DNA from: an uncultured Bacilli bacterium
Lineage (GTDB): Bacteria; Bacillota_I; Bacilli_A; RF39; UBA660
Direction of reading: 5' to 3'
Length of the DNA: 64,000 nucleotides
Assembly: GCA_947625635.1 (NCBI GenBank)
Contig: CANQPA010000001.1
Location: 3,199 to 67,198, forward strand
Made by a program: the position numbers and the translations under genes. The notes beneath the pieces are model-generated. The model did not search any database. It had not been told where the DNA came from and saw nothing but the letters and a program-made list of their open reading frames with translations. This document shows, piece by piece, positions 1 to 8,073 of the stretch; the stretch's first letter is position 1; each line of letters opens with the position of its first letter.

Positions 1-478
1 TATAATAAGCACACAAGTTATCTTCTTCCGTTTGAGATTTCCCTTCTAATCCCATACATACTAAAGAAACAGTAGAAGGATCTTTCATTTTAATATACTT
101 TGCAATTGCTTTTGCATTAACCAAACTTCCAACTAAAATTTCTGAAGCATTTATAGCATTATCAATACCCTGAGTTCCTGCATTGGTAGTATGTACAACC
201 GTTTTCCCTGAGAAATCTACATTTTTTATTTGAGAAGGAGAATTTCCATAATCAAATCCAGGTAAAATTTTACCGTGTCTTTCTCCTACTAAAATGAAAG
301 AATCATTTTGCTCTTTAAGTTTATATGCCAAATTAACATCTGCTACAGGTATTAATTTTTTTGTTCCATTATTAATTAAATATGATTCCACTGTAAATGC
401 TCGAAATACATCTATTATTACTGTTATCCCTGTAGCTCTTTTAGCACCTTCTATCATGTGTAATATTTTTATTTTCAT
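1..478 (-). CDS. 2-phosphosulfolactate phosphatase (ComB) family protein, C-terminal part cut by window edge
   Basis: Absent from the ORF track because it runs off the window. Minus-strand ATG at 478-476 follows a GGAGGGTG SD. Translation MKIKILHMIEGAKRATGITVIIDVFRAFTVESYL...LVGERHGKILPGFDYGNSPSQ fits the ComB pattern (DVxRAF ... GER.G....GFD.GNSP). Confidence 0.55.
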   Translation of the reverse strand, partial: MKIKILHMIEGAKRATGITVIIDVFRAFTVESYLINNGTKKLIPVADVNLAYKLKEQNDSFILVGERHGKILPGFDYGNSPSQIKNVDFSGKTVVHTTNAGTQGIDNAINASEILVGSLVNAKAIAKYIKMKDPSTVSLVCMGLEGKSQTEEDNLCAYY

Positions 479-516
479 TTTTCACCCTCCTAATAATAGA
501 TTACAAAATTTACAAC

Positions 517-1203
517 TTAATTTTTATTCAGTATAATACTTTCTTTATTATCTATTTTAATTATTGGAATTAAATTTACTTTATTTGCTAAATTAGTAAA
601 TGAACTAATTATTTTTTTAGTAAATTTTTGTTCCATAAATTTTTCTTTAAAATTTTCTTTTCCATTAGTAATTATATCTAATATAAAATAATTATCTTTT
701 AAATCTATTTTAATATCTTCAATATCTTCCCAAACTTTGTAAAGTTCTTTATCTTTACAATCTGTTACTAATCTTTTCTTAGTAAAATCTAATGTATCTG
801 CACATTTGAGTAACAAACAAAATAAAGATTCATCACCAGTACTTTTGTTATCGTGAATTTCTACTGAATGTAATATTTCATTATAATATTTATTTCGTTT
901 TATATCATTAGAAAATAATTTTTCTATAATTTGTTTTGCTTTTAAACCGTGAGCTTCTCTACCATTTGCCTGTCCAACATCGTGAAAAACACAAGCAATA
1001 AGTAAAGCATCTTTCATTTCATCATCTATATTAAGAATTTTACATAACATTTTCATATTATTACAAACATTATTAATATGTTGTAACCCGTGACTAAAAG
1101 CAAATGGATTTATTTTATCTATTTCTGAATATTCATTTACTATATAATCATTCTTTAAAAAATATTCATATTTTAACACTAATTTCACTCTTTCTAATGT
1201 CAT
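517..1203 (-). CDS. HD-superfamily metal-dependent phosphohydrolase
   Basis: 228-aa ORF with H...HD signature (SHGLQHINNV ... IACVFHDVGQ). It has its own extended -10 (TGGTATAAT, about 1223-1231 minus strand). Confidence 0.6.
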   Translation of the reverse strand: MTLERVKLVLKYEYFLKNDYIVNEYSEIDKINPFAFSHGLQHINNVCNNMKMLCKILNIDDEMKDALLIACVFHDVGQANGREAHGLKAKQIIEKLFSNDIKRNKYYNEILHSVEIHDNKSTGDESLFCLLLKCADTLDFTKKRLVTDCKDKELYKVWEDIEDIKIDLKDNYFILDIITNGKENFKEKFMEQKFTKKIISSFTNLANKVNLIPIIKIDNKESIILNKN

Positions 1204-1243
1204 TGTTTCTATTTCTAATTTAATTATACCAAATTTTTTATTG

Positions 1244-1286
1244 ATTTAGTGAAAAAATGGAAAATAAATCCCATTTTTCACTAAAT
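1244..1286 (-). terminator. long hairpin between the 201-aa gene and the HD gene (terminator-like)
   Basis: ATTTAGTGAAAAAATGG / CCATTTTTCACTAAAT stem of about 15 bp directly after the stop at 1292. The U-tract is weak. Confidence 0.45.
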
Positions 1287-1291
1287 ATTAT

Positions 1292-1897
1292 TTAGTTTTT
1301 TAATTTTTTTTGGTATGCATCTTCTTTTTGATAAGTTGAATTAAATGCACCTTGTTCTAGGGTGTTATAATCATTTTGTTCTGCATTGTATGTAACTATA
1401 TAACTACCAGCCAAACATACTGCTTTAGCACCCCAAGATGTCATTATAATTAAGTTTTCATCAACTTGCGTAAGTAATCTTGAATCATAAACTGGAAGAT
1501 ATCTTGCAGATTGGCCGCATGAACATTGTCTAACTGCATAAGGTTCATAAGTTTGAGAGAACTTACTATGTTTTACAACATATTGCTCACCTGAAGTTGA
1601 ATCTAAATTTCTAACTACAACATCTGCATATCCATCTCTTTCTTTTACTATATTTTCTTCTTCGCTTAAAACGTACTCTTTACCTTCTACAACAGTTGTT
1701 AAAGTAGTTGTTATCTTCTCACCTGGTATTCCAATTCTTGCAGATACTAATCCATCTTTATGAGCATAGAATTTTTTATCTTCAGGTATTGTACCAATAT
1801 ACTCTCCTATTTTATCATTTGGTATTACCTTGCACTCTACTGTTAAATCTGGGTATTCTTCTGGATGTGTACTTTTTAAAACTATTTTTTCTTTCAT
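1292..1897 (-). CDS. hypothetical soluble protein (201 aa) downstream of the Mn-riboswitch-like leader
   Basis: Good SD (GGAAAGGTGAG) and no TM or signal peptide. Family not securely recognised. The C-terminal ...IIMTSWGAKAVCLAGSYIVTYN...AFNSTY only faintly recalls PGDYG-type small domains. Confidence 0.6.
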   Translation of the reverse strand: MKEKIVLKSTHPEEYPDLTVECKVIPNDKIGEYIGTIPEDKKFYAHKDGLVSARIGIPGEKITTTLTTVVEGKEYVLSEEENIVKERDGYADVVVRNLDSTSGEQYVVKHSKFSQTYEPYAVRQCSCGQSARYLPVYDSRLLTQVDENLIIMTSWGAKAVCLAGSYIVTYNAEQNDYNTLEQGAFNSTYQKEDAYQKKLKN

Positions 1898-1975
1898 ATT
1901 CTCACCTTTCCTTTAAAAGTCTTTTTTATACTCCTTTCCTTTTAAAATTTTTCAATATGTGAGAATCTTGAAAGA

Positions 1976-2103
1976 CAAAAAAAACAAGACTCACACATAT
2001 TGTGTGAAAGTCTTGTTCAATAAACTTTATCATTTAGTCCGAATGCTTATACATTGAATTGACGAACTAAATCCATATTTATATGGGAACTACTCCCTTT
2101 CAA
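1976..2103 (-). promoter_or_regulatory. yybP-ykoY-like (Mn2+) riboswitch with intrinsic terminator
   Basis: Minus strand reads GAAAGGGAGUAG-UUCCCAUAUAAAUAUGGAU-UUAGU-UCGUCAAUUC-AAUGUAUAAGCAUU-CGG-ACUAAA-UGAUAAAGUUUAU-UGAACAAGACUUUCA. It shares GGGAGUAG, UCGUCAAUUC, CGG, UGAyA and CAAGACyUUUC blocks and the helix order with the L. lactis yybP-ykoY aptamer as I remember it. The 3' P1 strand (CAAGACUUUCA) overlaps the 5' arm of the terminator AACAAGACU-UU-CACAC/GUGUG-AGUCUUGUU plus U8 (1976-2017). Confidence 0.7.
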
Positions 2104-2111
2104 CGGGTTAT

Positions 2112-2140
2112 ATCCTATCATATTTTTTAATTTTTGTCAA
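2112..2140 (-). promoter_or_regulatory. candidate sigma-A promoter of the riboswitch leader
   Basis: TTGACA (2140-2135), 17-nt spacer, TGA-TAGGAT (2117-2112). The predicted TSS falls a few nt before the GAAAGGGAGUAG block. Confidence 0.4.
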
Positions 2141-2176
2141 ATTGACCATTTTTTCGATTGTCAAACTTGGGTTATA

Positions 2177-4321
2177 TCATAAATTTACTCTTATAGAGTT
2201 AACTCCTATATCAAAATAATTAGAAGAATCTACTATCCTTTTAAAGTGATATATATACATTAGATTATCTTTTATTTTAATCTCGTATTTATTTTTAAAT
2301 CTATCTATTAAATAGCCTTCTTTTTTATTATATTTCTTTAACATATTATATTTAGATACCATAACCTCTACATTAGAGTCTACTATAACTTCTAAGTTAG
2401 GATTCTTATTATATCTTTTTTTATAACACTCTACTAAATATTTAATCTGTTTATAGTTTAATTCATAAGATAGAGTTACTTTATTAACTCCTAGGGAGTG
2501 CATTAAAGCAACAGTATATGAATTTGTTATATTAAGAGAAAAATCTGTATCTACATTTTTATATTTATAAACACTACCTAACTCACCAACTAGAAGTTTA
2601 ATATCTAAATTGGGGAGATGTTCTAAAACTCTACTTAGTTTTAATATACATTTTTTATCATTTATTTTATCATATAGTTCTTTACTATCTACATATATAA
2701 TGTCAAAAGAATCTTTAACTTTTAAATACTGTTCATAAGTGTTAATTAATACACTTGTTTCTTCTCTTTTTGGAAAGTTATCCACACATATATCATATTT
2801 TTCTTTTTTATAATTAGATTTATACAATCTTTTACTATCAAGTATGTGCATAACTTCTCTTCTTAAATTATTTAATTTATTTACAGGAACAAATACATTA
2901 TCACTTAAATCTATTTCTAGGTTTTCAAACTCGTATACAGTATCCCCTAATTTTATTAGTTGTTCTTTAACTTTTTTTTCTGTTATGGGTGAAGATATAC
3001 TTTCTTCTGTTATATAATCACTACTTACTGATACTTCAAACTCTCCATCGGTTACGCATAATTTAATAGGACAGTTTTTATGTATAGTACACTTACCCCT
3101 TATTTTAACCTTTCTATTTATATTTATTTTATCCTGTAATTCTTTTAAGTATTTATAATCAGTTGTTTTAACTACAGATGAGTTTTTATTAACTAACTTA
3201 CAAGGAATACTTACTATATCACCAATTTTAGCTTCTTTAATGCTTTTTTTATCTTTAAACATACGAGTAACTATAAAACCTAAATCAGTATTATCTAGGA
3301 TTCTTATTCCATCATTTATATTTAAATCTTCACTTAATTTTATAAATGCTTGTCCATTCTTATAGTCTACTACATTTCCTATTTTAATACCCATATGGTT
3401 AGGCCTAAAAGGATTAGTAAAAGAATCATTATCTTCATTAAATATAAATCCTTTGGTAAACTCTCTATTAAATACCTTCTTTAAATTTTTAATGTCACTA
3501 TCTGTTATTTTAGTTTCCCCAAACTTACTATAATTAGTTATAGCCTTATGATATAAATATGTTACTAAATATACATATTCCTTGCTTTTCATTCTACCTT
3601 CTATTTTTAGGCTATCCACTCCTATTTCAAGTAGTTCACCCAAATAGTTTAGTGTATTTAAATCTTTTGTACTTAATAAATATTTATCCTTATTCACTAT
3701 TTTACCATCTATTTCAAGGTCATATGGTTGTCTACATATTTGTGCGCATGTTCCTCTATTTCCACTTCTATTACCTATTAAAGCACTCATCAAACACTCA
3801 CCAGAATAACTCATGCAAAGTGCTCCATGTACAAATATCTCTATTTCTATATTGGTATTTTCTTTTATATATTTAATAAGTTCTATTGGTGTTTCACGGG
3901 CGAGTATTACTCTTTTAACTCCTAATTTCTCACATAGTTTAACACCTTCTAAATTGTGTATATGCATTTGTGTTGAAGCATGAATTTCTAAATTAGGATA
4001 GGTTTTTCTTACTAAATCTATCATACCTATATCTTGCATAATTACTGCGTCTACATTATTTTTATGAATAAAGTCTATATATTGCATAAATCTTTCTACT
4101 TCAGCATCATATATCAAAGTATTTACAGTTATATATACTTTAATTCCATAAAGATGACATATATTAATCGCATCTATTAATTCATTTTTACTAAAATTTC
4201 CCGCAAAACTTCTAGCGCCAAAATTTGTCCCAGCAAGATATACTGCATCACATCCAGCATTTATCGCAGCCATAAGTGATTTCATATTACCAACAGGAGA
4301 AAGCAATTCTAAGCTTTTCAT
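2177..4321 (-). CDS. peptidase U32 family protein (long fused form)
   Basis: MKSLELLSPVGNMKSLMAAINAGCDAVYLAG..FGAR is the typical U32 N-terminus and the Cys-rich segment GECLMS...GNRGTCAQICR is present. Start moved from the track's TTG (4333) to the ATG at 4321, which follows a GGTGAT SD. Confidence 0.85.
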   Translation of the reverse strand: MKSLELLSPVGNMKSLMAAINAGCDAVYLAGTNFGARSFAGNFSKNELIDAINICHLYGIKVYITVNTLIYDAEVERFMQYIDFIHKNNVDAVIMQDIGMIDLVRKTYPNLEIHASTQMHIHNLEGVKLCEKLGVKRVILARETPIELIKYIKENTNIEIEIFVHGALCMSYSGECLMSALIGNRSGNRGTCAQICRQPYDLEIDGKIVNKDKYLLSTKDLNTLNYLGELLEIGVDSLKIEGRMKSKEYVYLVTYLYHKAITNYSKFGETKITDSDIKNLKKVFNREFTKGFIFNEDNDSFTNPFRPNHMGIKIGNVVDYKNGQAFIKLSEDLNINDGIRILDNTDLGFIVTRMFKDKKSIKEAKIGDIVSIPCKLVNKNSSVVKTTDYKYLKELQDKININRKVKIRGKCTIHKNCPIKLCVTDGEFEVSVSSDYITEESISSPITEKKVKEQLIKLGDTVYEFENLEIDLSDNVFVPVNKLNNLRREVMHILDSKRLYKSNYKKEKYDICVDNFPKREETSVLINTYEQYLKVKDSFDIIYVDSKELYDKINDKKCILKLSRVLEHLPNLDIKLLVGELGSVYKYKNVDTDFSLNITNSYTVALMHSLGVNKVTLSYELNYKQIKYLVECYKKRYNKNPNLEVIVDSNVEVMVSKYNMLKKYNKKEGYLIDRFKNKYEIKIKDNLMYIYHFKRIVDSSNYFDIGVNSIRVNL

Positions 4322-4560
4322 ACATATCACCAAAAATATTATAACATTTATTTAAAAAATAATATATAAAAAGACGGTTTGTCATAATACTATGTTTTAG
4401 AAAATAATATTCATAATATTACTGATAATTTTAAAACCATTGTGAAATATATAGATCAACTTCTAATACGCCAAAATTAAAGCATTAAAAAAAGAAGAAG
4501 AATCTTTTTCTTTTTTGATACACAATATTTTGAATACATATTAATATGTACTTAGCTTTT

Positions 4561-5400
4561 TTATTCTAATATATGCTCTTCTAAATTTGTTATTTTATAT
4601 CCCTTAGATTTTATATAAATTATTATAGTAGATAATTCTTTTTTTACTCGCTGGTTTACTTTTAAAGATAATAAAGCACCAGATTCTAATTTAGTTTTAA
4701 TATCTTGAAGTGGAGTATTTTCTGAAATAACCGTTGGTCTTATTGTATAATTTCCTTTTACTTTACATGAATTAATATTATCATCATTATCTTCTAAACC
4801 ATAACAAAATCCGTTTTTTTGCTTGTTTATTTTCTTTAAAACCATGTCTATCCAATCAAAATCTGGATCTGTATAATTATTCATAAATATATTTACATTA
4901 TGACCTTTTTTTATCATTTCCTCTATTAAATTATTATTACCAGTAAACCACGTTGTATCAACAAAAAAAGTCGCCTTTATATTATAATTATTTATAATAG
5001 TTAAAATTTCATTTATATCATTATCCGAACTTACCATAAATATTAAACTCACCATTCTTTTAGATGGATTTCCCTTTATGATATATTTATCAAGGTTATC
5101 TGCTAAACTAATATCAGGTAATGTATAATCATATACATATAAATTTTCATCATAATAACCATTATTTTTCATATTTTTATAACTTTTATTTATATTTACC
5201 TTCCTACTACTTATTCCAGGTATTATTGTATTTCCTTCTATCATTGCATTCTTGTTTTCTAATTTATATTCATCTTTTTCCGTTTTTATTCTTATCATTA
5301 TCTCATCCATATTATTTACAACAGTTGCAGTTTTTTCCGTTACAAAAAAACTAAAACATACTAAACTAATTAGGCCTACAATTTGAAATATTTTTTTCAT
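4561..5400 (-). CDS. secreted or membrane-anchored polysaccharide-deacetylase-like protein with degenerate catalytic motifs
   Basis: N-terminal signal/anchor. ...RMVSLIFMVSSDNDINEILTIINNYNIKATFFV...IEEMIKKGHNV... resembles the NodB fold core (KATFFV, GHxV). I cannot find the TFDDG and HxxxH motifs. Confidence 0.4.
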   Translation of the reverse strand: MKKIFQIVGLISLVCFSFFVTEKTATVVNNMDEIMIRIKTEKDEYKLENKNAMIEGNTIIPGISSRKVNINKSYKNMKNNGYYDENLYVYDYTLPDISLADNLDKYIIKGNPSKRMVSLIFMVSSDNDINEILTIINNYNIKATFFVDTTWFTGNNNLIEEMIKKGHNVNIFMNNYTDPDFDWIDMVLKKINKQKNGFCYGLEDNDDNINSCKVKGNYTIRPTVISENTPLQDIKTKLESGALLSLKVNQRVKKELSTIIIYIKSKGYKITNLEEHILE

Positions 5401-5504
5401 AAAGTCACCTAATTAAATATATGAATTTAATTTCAGTTTTTTACCATTATAGTAATTTAATTATTAGCACTAAATTAAAAAGCAAGTTAAACATTTCTAA
5501 CAAA

Positions 5505-5996
5505 TTATTCTATACCTTTTATTTTTGATTTCTTATAAATAAATTTTGTTACTAAATAGATTACAATACCATATATTACATTAGCAATTATTGAACTATA
5601 TATACCTTTAAGCAATATTGATTCATCAAAAGAAGTATAATTAACTATGCATAACAATAAATAACTTATTATTCTATACATAATTAAAATAATGATGTTT
5701 AGAAAACTTGAGTTAAACATATTATTGTTTATATAATTATATATTTTTATAATTATAATGCCACAAATTCCAAAACTTAATGTGTTAATAAAAATAGAAT
5801 TCGTAAAGGAAATATCATAAATTAATCCACAAATTGAAGTTGTTATAATAAAATTTTCTTTTTTGTTATTAAAATATGGATATAAAAAGACTAATGACGT
5901 TAATAAAAATAGTGGAATAAATAAACTAGATTTATTTACAATATTTGTAGCAATAGATTCCAATAGAAAAGATAATATTATTATTAAATATTTCAT
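5505..5996 (-). CDS. mreD: rod shape-determining protein MreD (polytopic membrane protein)
   Basis: 163-aa, about 5-TM protein that overlaps the mreC stop by 4 nt. Assignment rests on position and size. Confidence 0.6.
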   Translation of the reverse strand: MKYLIIILSFLLESIATNIVNKSSLFIPLFLLTSLVFLYPYFNNKKENFIITTSICGLIYDISFTNSIFINTLSFGICGIIIIKIYNYINNNMFNSSFLNIIILIMYRIISYLLLCIVNYTSFDESILLKGIYSSIIANVIYGIVIYLVTKFIYKKSKIKGIE

Positions 5997-6853
5997 TTTT
6001 CATATGCCTTCCTATTTAGTATTGTTACAATGCTTATATCCTCAAAATTTACTGATGGTTTAACTTCTACTATGCTGTTTAAATCGTATTCGTCTTTTAC
6101 AACTTTAGATACGGTTCCAATTAATATTCCACTTGGAAAATAATCAGTTAAACCAGTAGTCGTTACTAAATCACCTTCTTTTATTAAATTTGGTTCTGTT
6201 ATACCGTCTATTTTATACAAATTTGATTTTTCATCATAACCAACCAATAATCCATATAAATATGTATCATTTGCATTCACTTTAACAGATATTTTATTAC
6301 TTATTTCATTCGTGGTTAATAATTTTACCGTACTTGAAAAGTTACTTACATTAATTACCTTACCTATAAGTCCTTCATTGGTAATAACAGCGTCCCCCTC
6401 TTTTACTCCATTTTTACTTCCCTTATCTATATTAAGCGTATTATACCAATATCCAATATTTCTATTAACTACCGTAGCATTTATATATGTATATTCTGAT
6501 AAAGTAGCATTCAATTCTAATACTGATTTTAACTCCGTTATTTCTTTTTGTAATTCTTGTATTTGAGCATAATATAAGTCTGTTTTTTCAACTTTTTCTT
6601 TTAAATCTGTATACTTTTCATATAAGTTTTTTGTTTCATTTGTCATTTCTATTTTATCTTTTATAGTATTTACAGGAGTAGAAAATATATTAACAATAAA
6701 TGTTGTTGTGTCCTTAATTGCTTTTTCAAAAAAATTCAAATCTTTATCTTCATCTAATGTACGTGAAGTTATCCCTAACAAAACTAATATTATTATAATA
6801 AATGAAATTATCATGTATTTTATTGTATTATTTTTTCTTCCCACCTTAATCAC
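5993..6853 (-). CDS. mreC: rod shape-determining protein MreC
   Basis: N-terminal TM, a coiled coil (YAQIQELQKEITELK), then beta-rich domains with GLIGKVINVS..SSTVKLLT and GDLVTTTGL...FPSGILIGTV motifs. Start is GTG (6853), or GTG at 6844 after an AGGTGA SD. Confidence 0.85.
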   Translation of the reverse strand: MIKVGRKNNTIKYMIISFIIIILVLLGITSRTLDEDKDLNFFEKAIKDTTTFIVNIFSTPVNTIKDKIEMTNETKNLYEKYTDLKEKVEKTDLYYAQIQELQKEITELKSVLELNATLSEYTYINATVVNRNIGYWYNTLNIDKGSKNGVKEGDAVITNEGLIGKVINVSNFSSTVKLLTTNEISNKISVKVNANDTYLYGLLVGYDEKSNLYKIDGITEPNLIKEGDLVTTTGLTDYFPSGILIGTVSKVVKDEYDLNSIVEVKPSVNFEDISIVTILNRKAYEK

Positions 6854-6884
6854 CTGTCTTTATTATATTACATATTAAATATTT

Positions 6885-7574
6885 TTAAAAGTCAAGATCA
6901 TCATTTTCTAAAAAACTATAATAATTATTTTTACAAACTATTATATGATCTAGTACTTTTATTCCTAAAATATTTCCTGCCTTTACTAGGTTCCTTGTAA
7001 TTTCATAATCTTGATTACTAGGAATTGAATTTCCACCAGGATGATTATGTACACAAATAATTGCACTAGCACCTAGTAGATAGGCTTCCTTAAAGACTTC
7101 TCTTGGATGCACTAAACTGTAGTTTACTGTTCCTATAAATAATAATTTATCTTCTATTATTTTTTTGTTGTTATCTAAATAAACTGCAAAAAAATATTCT
7201 TGCTTTTTGTCACCTATTTTTTCTTTATAAAATTTATATACTAATTCACAATTAGTCAATTTAATGTCTTTTATTTTGTCTACTTCTTTATTTATTCTCT
7301 TTCCAAGTTCAATAGACGCTAATAAATTACAAGCTTTGCTAATCCCAATACCTTTAAAATGTTTCAAATATTCTAAATTAACATCATTTAATTTTTTTAT
7401 ACTTCCTAATTTACTTAACAGAGTATTACTCAAATCTTTGGCTGAACTTCCAGTAGTACCAGTTTTTAAAACTATTGCTAATAATTCTTCATTACTTAAC
7501 TTTTCTACACCATTAATAATTAATCTTTCACGGGGTCTCTCATCTTTAGGTATATCTTTAATTTTTACTCCCAT
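6885..7574 (-). CDS. radC: RadC-like JAB-domain protein (UPF0758)
   Basis: PRERL...LSNEELLAIVLKTG, an HhH segment and the JAMM motif HNHPGGNSIPSNQD. Confidence 0.85.
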   Translation of the reverse strand: MGVKIKDIPKDERPRERLIINGVEKLSNEELLAIVLKTGTTGSSAKDLSNTLLSKLGSIKKLNDVNLEYLKHFKGIGISKACNLLASIELGKRINKEVDKIKDIKLTNCELVYKFYKEKIGDKKQEYFFAVYLDNNKKIIEDKLLFIGTVNYSLVHPREVFKEAYLLGASAIICVHNHPGGNSIPSNQDYEITRNLVKAGNILGIKVLDHIIVCKNNYYSFLENDDLDF

Positions 7575-8022
7575 TTATTACTACCTCCTCATACTTTATT
7601 AAAATTTGATTAATAATTGAAGAAATAGCCGTTTTATCATTTGTATTACTCAAAACATTATCATAATTGTCTAATGAACTCAAAAAAGCTTCGTTTGTTA
7701 TAGTATAATTTTTTATTACTGTTTCATATCCTAAATTTTTATAGTACTCTTTAATTTTATCAGCGTTAGTTTTTGATTTTGTTATCCCTACGTAAACATA
7801 GTATAAATCATCCTCTATATTGTATACATAACTGGGTAGAGAAATAGTATTTTCTTCCATACTTTCTGCATTTGAAAAAACTCCATATTGTATAAAATAT
7901 AACTCTTCTCCAATGGAAGATACTTTAATACCTTCATAATCTTTATATTGTTTTATAAAATAATTAGCAAGAAAAAAACCAATAATTAAAGCGCTCAAAA
8001 ATGTTATCAAATACTTCTTCAT
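7558..8022 (-). CDS. membrane-anchored SPOR-domain-like protein
   Basis: N-terminal TM, then YFIQYGVFSNAESMEEN...YYVYVGITKSKTNADKIKEYYKNLGYETVIK, which fits the SPOR pattern (Y.vQ.GaF....A...... y.V.vG........l...G). Confidence 0.5.
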   Translation of the reverse strand: MKKYLITFLSALIIGFFLANYFIKQYKDYEGIKVSSIGEELYFIQYGVFSNAESMEENTISLPSYVYNIEDDLYYVYVGITKSKTNADKIKEYYKNLGYETVIKNYTITNEAFLSSLDNYDNVLSNTNDKTAISSIINQILIKYEEVVINGSKN

Positions 8023-8073
8023 ATTATCACCATTTTTATTGTATCTTAATCACCGGTTAAATTTTGTCGAATT

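Noticed and set aside
4449-4463. The 15-nt sequence ATATATAGATCAACT recurs as its reverse complement at 22900-22914, which could mark inverted repeats of a large element.
   Set aside because: A single short A/T-rich match is expected by chance in 64 kb of this composition. The intervening 18 kb is core housekeeping (mre, ftsK, eno, murD) with no recombinase.
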